Positions 50,499-58,702 of a DNA stretch of 64,000 bases are shown here, piece by piece. The position numbers were made by a program, and so were the translations under genes. Under the pieces are notes generated by a model. That model was not told the origin of the DNA, ran no database searches, and was given only the letters and a program-made list of their open reading frames with translations. The stretch's first letter is position 1, and each line of letters opens with the position of its first letter. This stretch comes from Ferruginibacter sp. (GTDB lineage Bacteria > Bacteroidota > Bacteroidia > Chitinophagales > Chitinophagaceae): contig JANXSK010000053.1 of NCBI GenBank assembly GCA_025352695.1, forward strand, positions 2,998 through 66,997. The letters run 5' to 3'.

Positions 50499-51125
50499 TC
50501 AGTAGTTATCAGCTATAAAAAGAGAAGATGTGAGGCAGGCAGATAAAATTACTGATAAAGCAGTTTTGTAGGAATGTTGCTCATTGTGCATTTCCAATTT
50601 CAGATTTTTTAATGCTTCGTGTATTTTGTTGTAAACAGTACGATGTGTTAAACCCGTTTTTTGTACAATTTCATCATAAGTAAGCCCCTCATAAAATTTT
50701 AGAATGATGAGTTCTTTCTGACGGGCAGGAAGGGTATTGATATGATTCATTATTAGCTTGGCCAAATGATTTTGCCCGTCCTTCTTTATCAGATTTTCTT
50801 CTGGTGTAGTTGGTAGTTCTTCCGAATAGTTGTTCCATGCAACCTCTAAATTGCCTATCTTTTCAGATCTTTTCCATTCTGCAGTAAGCTTCCGTAAAAA
50901 GGAAATTATAAGGTAAGATTTTACATTTCTCGCTTCCTGTATGGTGGCTCTTTTTTCCCATAGGTATAAAAATTGTTGTTGTAAAGCATCTTTAACTAAA
51001 GGTGCATCTTTTATTTCTTTCAAGCCAATAAATAACAGGATATGATAGTATTTTTTATACAATGCTAAAAACATTTCCTTGTCTCCCGCCATAATACCTT
51101 TCCACAATGCTTGATCGTTATTCAT
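50499..51125 (-). CDS. ECF-type RNA polymerase sigma-70 factor
   Basis: Region 2 (YKKYYHILLFIG...) and a region 4 HTH (LPARQKELIILKFYEGLTYDEIVQKTGLTHRTVYNKIHEALKNL). Confidence 0.88.
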   Translation of the reverse strand: MNNDQALWKGIMAGDKEMFLALYKKYYHILLFIGLKEIKDAPLVKDALQQQFLYLWEKRATIQEARNVKSYLIISFLRKLTAEWKRSEKIGNLEVAWNNYSEELPTTPEENLIKKDGQNHLAKLIMNHINTLPARQKELIILKFYEGLTYDEIVQKTGLTHRTVYNKIHEALKNLKLEMHNEQHSYKTALSVILSACLTSSLFIADNY

Positions 51126-51844
51126 AAAAATCGTTGATTAATAATGGTAAATAGCGGTGATAAATTTCTGCAGTATTTAATCAATTCCCATAGCGTTGTA
51201 ACCTAAAAATCGTTAAGTAGTTTACAAAATGCTATTTTACCAGATTGAATCAATAACACTAAAGTTAAAAATCAATGCCCGGTAATATTTCATATCTATT
51301 CAAACATAGTAAATAAAAAAGCAGGTAACCAAAGCAAACGTTTGTTTAAAATAAATTTCCTCAATTGATTCGGATAACAATACCATACATCAAGAAAATA
51401 AATAAGTCACTTATTATTATTCACTTCGTTTTACATTTCAATTTGAAGTGCCCGGGCTGGGTGTTTGAATTGAGATTTTTGAAGGTAAACGAAAATATAT
51501 AGTCCCTAAAAAACTGAAAGTAAGTATTATGAAAGGAGGTTTTGAAACAGTACCTGATAGACTATAAAATGTGGAGTAAATAATGAAAGAAGCTTTTGCA
51601 AAAGGCATTAAATGTTGCCTAAGCAGTTTTTAGTTTTTTTGTAAAAACCCAGCATAGTGTACACACATTTACCTTATTAAGCCTGAAACATTTTTTTCAC
51701 CTTAAATCAAATTAAAGAACTGGCTAAACGCCTTTTTTCAAGTTAATTTTCATTGGCGTAACGATTTCCTGTTAGAGGATGCGGCGTTCACACTTATAAA
51801 CTCTCTTCAATGTACTTTTACAAAGGAATATAACCTATTTGACA

Positions 51845-51875
51845 TAAAAAAGGCTGTCACACGAAAGAGACAGCC
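51845..51875 (-). terminator. Terminator after tRNA-Ala
   Basis: On the minus strand GGCTGTC-loop-GACAGCC is followed by TTTTTT. Confidence 0.7.
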
Positions 51876-51886
51876 AATTATTTTTG

Positions 51887-51959
<73 letters not shown>

Positions 51960-52036
51960 AAACGGATTGCAAATATATATGCATTGTAAGTTGCTTCAAA
52001 ATCAATTTTGAGTACTGCATATTTTAAAAGATTTAG

Positions 52037-52189
52037 CTACAAGGGTGGAAGCAATCTCTTTTTTTGGAATTTTGCATAAGCAAAGCAAATAGATTGGTAA
52101 CGTCGTAATATTTTATCATCTTTTTCTACTCTTCGTAAAGTCTTTAAATCCGCTATTTCGGATGCAGATAAATCAACTGTATAATACAT
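52037..52189 (-). pseudogene. Possible remnant of an IS630-type transposase N-terminal HTH
   Basis: The 50-codon ORF MYYTVDLSASEIADLKTLRRVEKDDKILRRYQSICFAYAKFQKK... resembles the HTH leader of IS630-family ORFs. A shifted frame continues as EIASTLVAK, and nothing follows. Confidence 0.35.
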
Positions 52190-52333
52190 AACTTACTTTT
52201 ATGAAACCAACGCTAATAAATATCAGAATTATTTAAGCAATTTAGTTTATAATAATACAATTTATTTCCTCAAACCTTGTACAGGTACCACCGCTGCAAT
52301 ATTATAGGCAAGGTGTATTTTGAATACAACTAT

Positions 52334-53182
52334 CTATTGTATTTTGACAATACCTTCTTGCACAGCAGGGAAAAGTGAGAACATTTTAGCATCGTGCCCA
52401 GGTATGATAAACTTTAAACTTGATGCAAGTGATTTCATCTTTAACATGGAACTTTTATAAGCAGTTGTATCAAATGTTCCTCCGGTAGATGGAGGTCTTA
52501 AATTTTCTAAACTATAATAAATCCAAATGTTGTCGGAAGCAAGAATTATTTTATTTAGATGGCTTTGCACAAGTACATATTGTGAGTTGAAAGTGTGACG
52601 TGAACCAGTATAGACTCTAATACCGGGAATTATTTCCTGATCACCATCAACAAGCGTTACCTTACCAGCTAAATTAAAATTGACAAGCATTCGGATGTCT
52701 CTCTTGTTAAAACCACCATAATCTCCGCCCTTTTGCCAGGCAGCGCCAACAAAATAATTATAATCTTCTTTTTGAATCCAGATATGTGCTTTGGGAAATA
52801 AAGCAAGTCCATCTATGTGGTCCCAGTGAGGATGGCTCATTATAATGTCGGTAATATCCCCGGCTTTTAAATTTAATTTCGACAGCATTGAATCGGGTCG
52901 TACATAATTTATCACATCAAAATCCTTAGCTTCTTCAATGTCACGTAAAAATCCAGCGTCTACTAAAATATTTTTACCATCATTTCCTTTAATTAGCCAA
53001 ATCACGAAATCGATATTTACACTATCCTTAGTAGATAGGCAATAGGCCCAATCTGAAACAGCTGACGGATGCCCCATCGAGGCAAATTTTATGGCATAAA
53101 CTTCATAGTCTACACCCTGCGAGTAGGTATTTAACGAAATAAAAAAGGATACCAGAATAATATAAAATACGTTTTTCATCAA
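52334..53182 (-). CDS. Secreted MBL-fold metallo-hydrolase (lactonase-like)
   Basis: Signal peptide and the zinc motif SHPHWDHIDG (HxHxDH), plus a later GHD. Confidence 0.82.
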   Translation of the reverse strand: MMKNVFYIILVSFFISLNTYSQGVDYEVYAIKFASMGHPSAVSDWAYCLSTKDSVNIDFVIWLIKGNDGKNILVDAGFLRDIEEAKDFDVINYVRPDSMLSKLNLKAGDITDIIMSHPHWDHIDGLALFPKAHIWIQKEDYNYFVGAAWQKGGDYGGFNKRDIRMLVNFNLAGKVTLVDGDQEIIPGIRVYTGSRHTFNSQYVLVQSHLNKIILASDNIWIYYSLENLRPPSTGGTFDTTAYKSSMLKMKSLASSLKFIIPGHDAKMFSLFPAVQEGIVKIQ

Positions 53183-53594
53183 TTTACTTTTGAGCTTATG
53201 GTAATACTATTTACAAGATCCAACTCTATAATCTTTTTTGGTTCAATAGCTACAGTTTGTTATGATTTTTCATAGGAACTTTGCTTGTTGTTAAGATATT
53301 TGAAAAACCTAACCGCAACCGAAGCTAAATTAATAAATAAAAAATGAAGATATAGGCTAAACGTTGAGCGAAGTTTGTTTAAGGGGAACTAAACCCAAAG
53401 TAAACTCTTTTGTCTCTTTCCTACTATTTTGGCAATACTGTAAGCAACATTAAGATCAAAGCTGCGATTTTTGGAGGTGGTATTAAAATGGGACAGGTTC
53501 TATTGACTAGTCTAAAATTGAAAAAAACAGCCAATATATCTAACAATTTTGCCGCCAAAAAAAAATCCATTACGTTTGATAAGAATTAATAATT

Positions 53595-54338
53595 ATGATG
53601 GAACCCCAAAAAAAAATAGCCACTAAAGAAGAGATCAAGTTTTTATCAGGGCCACAAAGTCGCCTCAAAGACTTTAAGTTTGCTGTAAGTGTATTGTTTG
53701 AATTTGTAAAAGGCTTTAGGACACTCCATTTTGTGGGCCCTTGTGTTACAATCTTTGGTTCTGCCCGTTTTAAAGATGGGCATCCATATTTTATAAAAAC
53801 AGAAGAACTGGCAGGAAGAATTGCCCAATTAGGTTTTACTATTATGACGGGTGGCGGCCCCGGTATTATGGAAGCAGCCAATAAAGGTGCTAAAGAAGCA
53901 GGCGGCAGAAGTGTTGGTTGTAATATTGTGTTACCGCATGAACAACAACACAATCCCTATCTGGATAGATGGGTAAACATTAAATACTTTTTTGTTCGTA
54001 AAACACTGCTGTTAAAATATTCATATGCGTTTGTGGTTATGCCCGGCGGCTTTGGTACACTGGATGAATACTTTGAAGCACTTACCTTGATACAAACAAA
54101 AATGATCAGCGAATTTCCCATTGTAATTTTTGACAGTGCCTTTCACATAGATTTATTAGCACATATTGAACTGCTAAAAAAAGAACAAACCATCTCACCG
54201 GAAGACACAAATTTATTTTTAGTTACAGACAGTGTGGATGAAGCTGTTGCATACATTCAAAAAAACAGCATTGCTAAATTTAATCTACAACCCGAAAAAC
54301 CAAAAAGACCTTTTAAATGGTTATTTGAAAAAGAATAA
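53595..54338 (+). CDS. LOG-family / TIGR00730-type Rossmann-fold nucleotide-binding protein
   Basis: Blocks TIFGSARF, TGGGPGIMEAANKGA and PGGFGTLDE. Confidence 0.88.
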   Translation: MMEPQKKIATKEEIKFLSGPQSRLKDFKFAVSVLFEFVKGFRTLHFVGPCVTIFGSARFKDGHPYFIKTEELAGRIAQLGFTIMTGGGPGIMEAANKGAKEAGGRSVGCNIVLPHEQQHNPYLDRWVNIKYFFVRKTLLLKYSYAFVVMPGGFGTLDEYFEALTLIQTKMISEFPIVIFDSAFHIDLLAHIELLKKEQTISPEDTNLFLVTDSVDEAVAYIQKNSIAKFNLQPEKPKRPFKWLFEKE

Positions 54339-54514
54339 GCCAACCACTTCTTTCAACTTAAATGCAATACGGCTGGCACTTTCTCTATTTTTACAATCAG
54401 GTAACCCAATCAATTGTGACGTAGATTGTGTATTTTTTTGATCTATAGGATATACTTAAAAATAAAATTAGCCTAATTTGGTACGATTGTTTTGTGTAAC
54501 ACACTCAATAAAAA

Positions 54515-54880
54515 TTGTATAAAATAAAAAATACTATACCAGTAAACTGCTATCATTGTGGTGAACAATGTGAAGATATTATTGAAAGGAATAGCAAAAC
54601 ATTTTGTTGTGAAGGCTGCAAACAGTTTTATTTGATGCTAAACGAAAACAACTTTTGCAGGTAGTATAATTTTGACAAAAGCCCTGGCATAAAAGCAACA
54701 GGCAAATTTATAAGCCCACGTTTTGCTAATATTAAAGATGAAAGCACCTTCAAAAAACATTTTATGCTTAATAGCAAAACCAACGTAACTTTTTCGTTAC
54801 CAAAAATACATTACTCTTACTTTTTTTTATTGGAGAACATCGACAACATACAACAAGGCATTGTAAATGTTACTTTGTAA
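54515..54880 (+). pseudogene. N-terminal remnant of a CcoI/FixI-type heavy-metal P-type ATPase
   Basis: The translation NCYHCGEQCEDIIERNSKTFCCEGCKQFYLMLNENNFCR*YNFDK...VTFSLPKIHYSYFFLLENI matches the metal-binding N-terminus of CcoI. There is an in-frame TAG at 54662-54664, the usual Cys of IHCSSC are lost, no ATG is present, and ~700 codons are missing. Confidence 0.7.
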
Positions 54881-54882
54881 AA

Positions 54883-55668
54883 TTATAAGCCTGAATAATA
54901 ATCATAGCCTCTTTCGTACCAATAATCTTTTGGCTTAGTATTACTGAAGAAAATAGTACCTATGCGTTTTAAATGTTTGATGCCATATTTAACCGGAATA
55001 ATTAAGCGAAGAGGATACCCCTGGTTCATTGGTAATGGCTTTCCATTCATTTCATAACAAAGCAGTGTTTGCGGATGCAGGATGCTCCTCGTATCAATAC
55101 CAACATAATACTTTTTATCAGGGGTATTGAGGCCTACATAATTCATAGTGCTTTGGTTTGTTAGCTGGTATTTATTTACAAAATCACTAAACTTTACACC
55201 ACTCCAATGTGTAATCTGGCTCCAGCCTTCAATACATTTAAAATCAAAAATTACTTCTGTTTTTGGTAAAGCCTTTATTTCATCAAGCGAAAGAAAAAGC
55301 GTATCTCCCGGCTTTCTAACAACTTGTAATTTCCATGCTGCGGCATCAAAATCATCGCCCAAACCAGCATCGCCATTTACCCTTACTCTTGGTACTGCAT
55401 CAGCAGGTGAATAAGCTTTGCTACTATTATCCGGACTGTAAATATAATTGCTGAATAAATTTTCATTGCCATTTAAAACAGCTCTTAACGGGGTGGGAAT
55501 TCCATTATCCTGAGGTTGGTTGTTTATCCAGCGCCAGCCAAATAATGCACCTATGATTAACAAAAAGAAAATAGCAAAAGCAAGGAGGGTTTTGTTACGA
55601 ATTTCTTTTGAGGAAACTATTTTTTCATTGTTATTGCCCATACAATCAGTTGTTTGCTTGTTTATCAA
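54883..55668 (-). CDS. Membrane-anchored molybdopterin-dependent oxidoreductase (sulfite-oxidase-fold catalytic domain)
   Basis: N-terminal TM anchor (LLAFAIFFLLIIGALF). The block FDFKCIEGWSQITHWSGVKF contains the candidate Mo-ligand Cys, with GYPLRLIIP further on. The start abuts the stop of the upstream cytochrome b gene. Confidence 0.8.
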   Translation of the reverse strand: MINKQTTDCMGNNNEKIVSSKEIRNKTLLAFAIFFLLIIGALFGWRWINNQPQDNGIPTPLRAVLNGNENLFSNYIYSPDNSSKAYSPADAVPRVRVNGDAGLGDDFDAAAWKLQVVRKPGDTLFLSLDEIKALPKTEVIFDFKCIEGWSQITHWSGVKFSDFVNKYQLTNQSTMNYVGLNTPDKKYYVGIDTRSILHPQTLLCYEMNGKPLPMNQGYPLRLIIPVKYGIKHLKRIGTIFFSNTKPKDYWYERGYDYYSGL

Positions 55669-56370
55669 TTATTGGTCTTGATCTTCTATAATTTCATTTA
55701 CATTTGGTGGCAAAGGTGTAACAGTAACTACTTCAAAACCTGCAACAATACCCCTGAAATTATTCCATCCTGCAAGAACTACCTGAACAATATGTAGCAC
55801 AAAAAAAAGTGCAAATAATATGGTGAGGGTAAAATGTTCTATTCTGGCCCATTCATATCCGCCAAGTAAGGCACAAATTGTTTTAAACTGAACAGGTTTA
55901 TAAATAGCAATACCTGTAACTATTGAACCAAACCCCATCAATATTACACCAGTGTAGGCAATGCGTTGAGCTGCATTGTATTTTTTTTGTGGAGGTAAAT
56001 TGTTTATAATATGTAAATCATGCAATATTACTTGCCAGCTTTCTTTGAGTGCTTTTTTATTGGGGAAAATAAGTTTCCACTCGCCTGAAAAAAATAAATA
56101 AGCAACATATACAAATCCGTTAATTGCAAACAGCCACATAAAAACAAAATGTAAACTCATACCTTCTGCAAGACGAAAAGGTATGTTTAAAGCCTTATTA
56201 AAAGAATCGGGAAAAAATTTAAGAACAGTTGTATTTCCCCACCCAAGCCGATAAATATCATTGGCCCAATAAATTAAAAGTCCGCTCCAAATCATAATGG
56301 CCAACACCGGAAAGTTTATCCAGTGAAACCACCGAATAGCAAGAGGATGCTTTTTTACTATTTTTTTCAT
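55669..56370 (-). CDS. Cytochrome b-type membrane subunit (Ni-hydrogenase cytochrome b / b561-like)
   Basis: HPLAIRWFHWINFPVLAIMIWSGLLIYW plus four further TM helices carrying conserved His. I placed the start at MKKIVKKHP (56370). Confidence 0.78.
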   Translation of the reverse strand: MKKIVKKHPLAIRWFHWINFPVLAIMIWSGLLIYWANDIYRLGWGNTTVLKFFPDSFNKALNIPFRLAEGMSLHFVFMWLFAINGFVYVAYLFFSGEWKLIFPNKKALKESWQVILHDLHIINNLPPQKKYNAAQRIAYTGVILMGFGSIVTGIAIYKPVQFKTICALLGGYEWARIEHFTLTILFALFFVLHIVQVVLAGWNNFRGIVAGFEVVTVTPLPPNVNEIIEDQDQ

Positions 56371-56597
56371 CTGTTGCAATATAAGAATTTTATTATTGCT
56401 TTTTGCCCGTAAAACGTGAAGACGTTTTGCCATTTTTTGCCGTTTAGGCATTAAGACATATTTTATTTTTTTTAAAATTTACAAATAAATAAACTTGTAT
56501 TTAATTGACCCCTTAAGACCTGTCCGACAATTTTTCTATTACAAGATTTACTTCCTACTTTTTCTTTAGACGTCTTAATGCATTACCGGCAATCCTT

Positions 56598-57077
56598 TTA
56601 TTTTTTTGCAAAATTTAATGAAACAGAATTCATACAATATCTTAAGCCAGTTGGTTTTGGGCCATCAGTAAACACATGCCCTAAATGTGCGCCACACCTG
56701 CTACACGTAACTTTTGTGCGATCCATTCCAAAGGTATCATCCGATTCATCCAAAAGACAGGTTTTATTTATCGGCTTGTAAAAACTAGGCCAGCCTGTAC
56801 CACTTTCAAATTTAGTATCACTGCTAAAAAGTTCTTGTCCGCAACCAATACAATTGTAGGTACCCTTTTCATGATTGTCCCAATATTTGCCCGTATAGGC
56901 CTGTTCGGTACCTTCCTTTCTGGTAACTTCAAATGCAACAGGACTTAATTGTTTTTTCCACTCAGCCGCTGTTTTTGTTACTGCAAATTTTTGGGTAGTC
57001 GTTACGGTATTTGTTTTAGTTTGTGCATTGCAGGCTGTAAATAAAAATACAATCGCTACTATAAATATTTTTTTCAT
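56598..57077 (-). CDS. msrB: Secreted/lipoprotein peptide-methionine (R)-S-oxide reductase
   Basis: Signal peptide ending FTAC, zinc CxxC pairs (CIGC, CSRC), HLGHVFTDGP and the catalytic RYCMNS. Confidence 0.92.
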   Translation of the reverse strand: MKKIFIVAIVFLFTACNAQTKTNTVTTTQKFAVTKTAAEWKKQLSPVAFEVTRKEGTEQAYTGKYWDNHEKGTYNCIGCGQELFSSDTKFESGTGWPSFYKPINKTCLLDESDDTFGMDRTKVTCSRCGAHLGHVFTDGPKPTGLRYCMNSVSLNFAKK

Positions 57078-57206
57078 AATAAAAATGGTTAAATCTTTAT
57101 AAAAAGATACGGAAGGTTACTTTTTTTAGATTTGTACACCATAAATGTTTAACATCTTTAACAAAATTATGTTTCATTTGTAATTTAAATAACTAAAATA
57201 AATTTT

Positions 57207-57371
57207 ATGGGAGTGTGGGACCAAATAGCACAGTATTTATTCTTAAAGAAAAAAGATCCGGATGCACCTAAAACTTTTCCGGTAAAATTTATGCATGGCA
57301 TTAACAGAATATCTATTTTTCTTTTTTTAATTGGCTTAATTATATTAGCGTTTAAATTACTCAGGCACTGA
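57207..57371 (+). CDS. Possible small membrane protein, 54 aa
   Basis: MGVWDQIAQYLFLKKKDPDAPKTFPVKFMHGINRISIFLFLIGLIILAFKLLRH has one C-terminal TM helix. It is below the ORF-track cut-off, and its 3' end overlaps the convergent lpxB stop by 11 nt. Confidence 0.35.
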   Translation: MGVWDQIAQYLFLKKKDPDAPKTFPVKFMHGINRISIFLFLIGLIILAFKLLRH

Positions 57372-58497
57372 GTAAAAAACTAAAAATACTTTTAGCTGTA
57401 TTGGCAGAAGCATTGCCGCCTTTACTTAATAAGGCTTTTAAATCAGCGTAATCTTTTGTTAACTGTTGTTGTTTGTTAACATCATATAAAATGATATCTA
57501 ATTCCTTTTTGATGTTGCTCACTGTCAGGTCGTTCTGTATAAGTTCCTTAACAACTTCTTTGTCCATAATTAAATTAACAAGGCAGATGTATTTTATTTT
57601 AATTAACCATTTTGCAATCTGGAAAGAAACAGGACTTCCTTTATAACAAACCACTTCGGGCACATTGAATAAAGCAGTTTCCAAAGTAGCTGTGCCACTT
57701 GTTACGAGTGCAGCTTTTGCCAGGCTGAGTAATTCATACGTTTTATTAACAACGGAAGACACATTTTTATAAGGAGCCAACAACTCATTGTAAAAAACTT
57801 CTTCCAGTCCCGGTGCTTTGGCAACCACAAAATGATAGTCAGGAAAATGCGTGGCCACCTGTAGCATGATAGGAAGTTTTTTTAAAATTTCCTGTTTCCT
57901 ACTTCCTGGTAAAAGTGCTATCAGGTTAACGCCCTGGTTGGCAAATGAAGCGGCTTTGTAAATATTGGAAGTGCTTAAATATTGTTCGTTAAACGCATCT
58001 ATAACCTGCACCAGCGGATGTCCCACATATTCTACTTCATACTTCCATTTTTTATAAAATTCTTTTTCAAAAGGTAATATCACCAACATTTTATCAACAG
58101 ATTTCTTTATTCCCTTTACCCTGCTCTCCTTCCATGCCCATACCTGCGGAGAAATGTAGTAAATAACTTTGATGCCCTTTTGTTTGGCCCATTCAGCAAT
58201 GCGTAAATTAAAACCAGGGTAATCAATCAATATCAATGCAGCTGGTTTAAAGAAAAGTATATCTTTTTTGCAATAATCCAAATTTTTAAAAATAGTCCGC
58301 AGGTTTTTTATTACTTCAATAAATCCCATAAAAGCAAGGTGCTTATAATGCTTTACCAGCGTGGCGCCAGCAGCTTCCATTTTATCACCTCCCCAGCAAC
58401 GAATGTTTGCTGAGTGATCCAATAATTGTAATTCCTTAATCAGGTTACTACCATGAAGATCGCCACTTGCCTCGCCTGCTATAATATAATATCGCAT
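57361..58497 (-). CDS. lpxB: Lipid-A-disaccharide synthase
   Basis: MRYYIIAGEASGDLHGSNLI N-terminus, and the length and blocks of LpxB. Confidence 0.93.
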   Translation of the reverse strand: MRYYIIAGEASGDLHGSNLIKELQLLDHSANIRCWGGDKMEAAGATLVKHYKHLAFMGFIEVIKNLRTIFKNLDYCKKDILFFKPAALILIDYPGFNLRIAEWAKQKGIKVIYYISPQVWAWKESRVKGIKKSVDKMLVILPFEKEFYKKWKYEVEYVGHPLVQVIDAFNEQYLSTSNIYKAASFANQGVNLIALLPGSRKQEILKKLPIMLQVATHFPDYHFVVAKAPGLEEVFYNELLAPYKNVSSVVNKTYELLSLAKAALVTSGTATLETALFNVPEVVCYKGSPVSFQIAKWLIKIKYICLVNLIMDKEVVKELIQNDLTVSNIKKELDIILYDVNKQQQLTKDYADLKALLSKGGNASANTAKSIFSFLLSA

Positions 58498-58611
58498 ACT
58501 TGTTTAATTGATTTGCAAATTAACCTATAATAATTGGCTTAGCTTAACGGCTGCTTTAAATAATAGTAAAACATTATAAAGATTGATTTTAAAAGCAGAT
58601 TTTCTTCCAAC

Positions 58612-58649
58612 AAAAAACCCGGTCACTTAGGTGATCCGGGATTTTTTTT
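58612..58649 (-). terminator. Terminator after glnN (structurally bidirectional)
   Basis: CCCGGTCAC-TTAG-GTGATCCGGG is flanked by an A-run on one side and a T-run on the other. Confidence 0.8.
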
Positions 58650-58702
58650 ACGATTGCTTGCCAGCTATTTTAATAGAACTTATTAACAGATTTAAAATAT
58701 TT

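Noticed and set aside
53570-53953. 127-aa ORF antisense to the LOG-family gene, and similar antisense or nested ORFs (for example 308-547, 20452-20931, 36610-37389, 30609-30986, 8852-9216)
   Set aside because: They lie entirely inside well-supported genes on the opposite strand or in another frame. Their composition is low-complexity (Cys/Pro/Ser-rich) and no family resemblance is visible.
56371-56451. Upstream extensions of several track ORFs: cytochrome b (here), the fusion gene 17297-17350, cbpA 24977-25012, DUF4091 37534-37572 and OsmC 21587-21628
   Set aside because: In each case an internal Met gives the expected family N-terminus or a proper signal peptide. The extension is AT-rich read-through from the nearest upstream stop.
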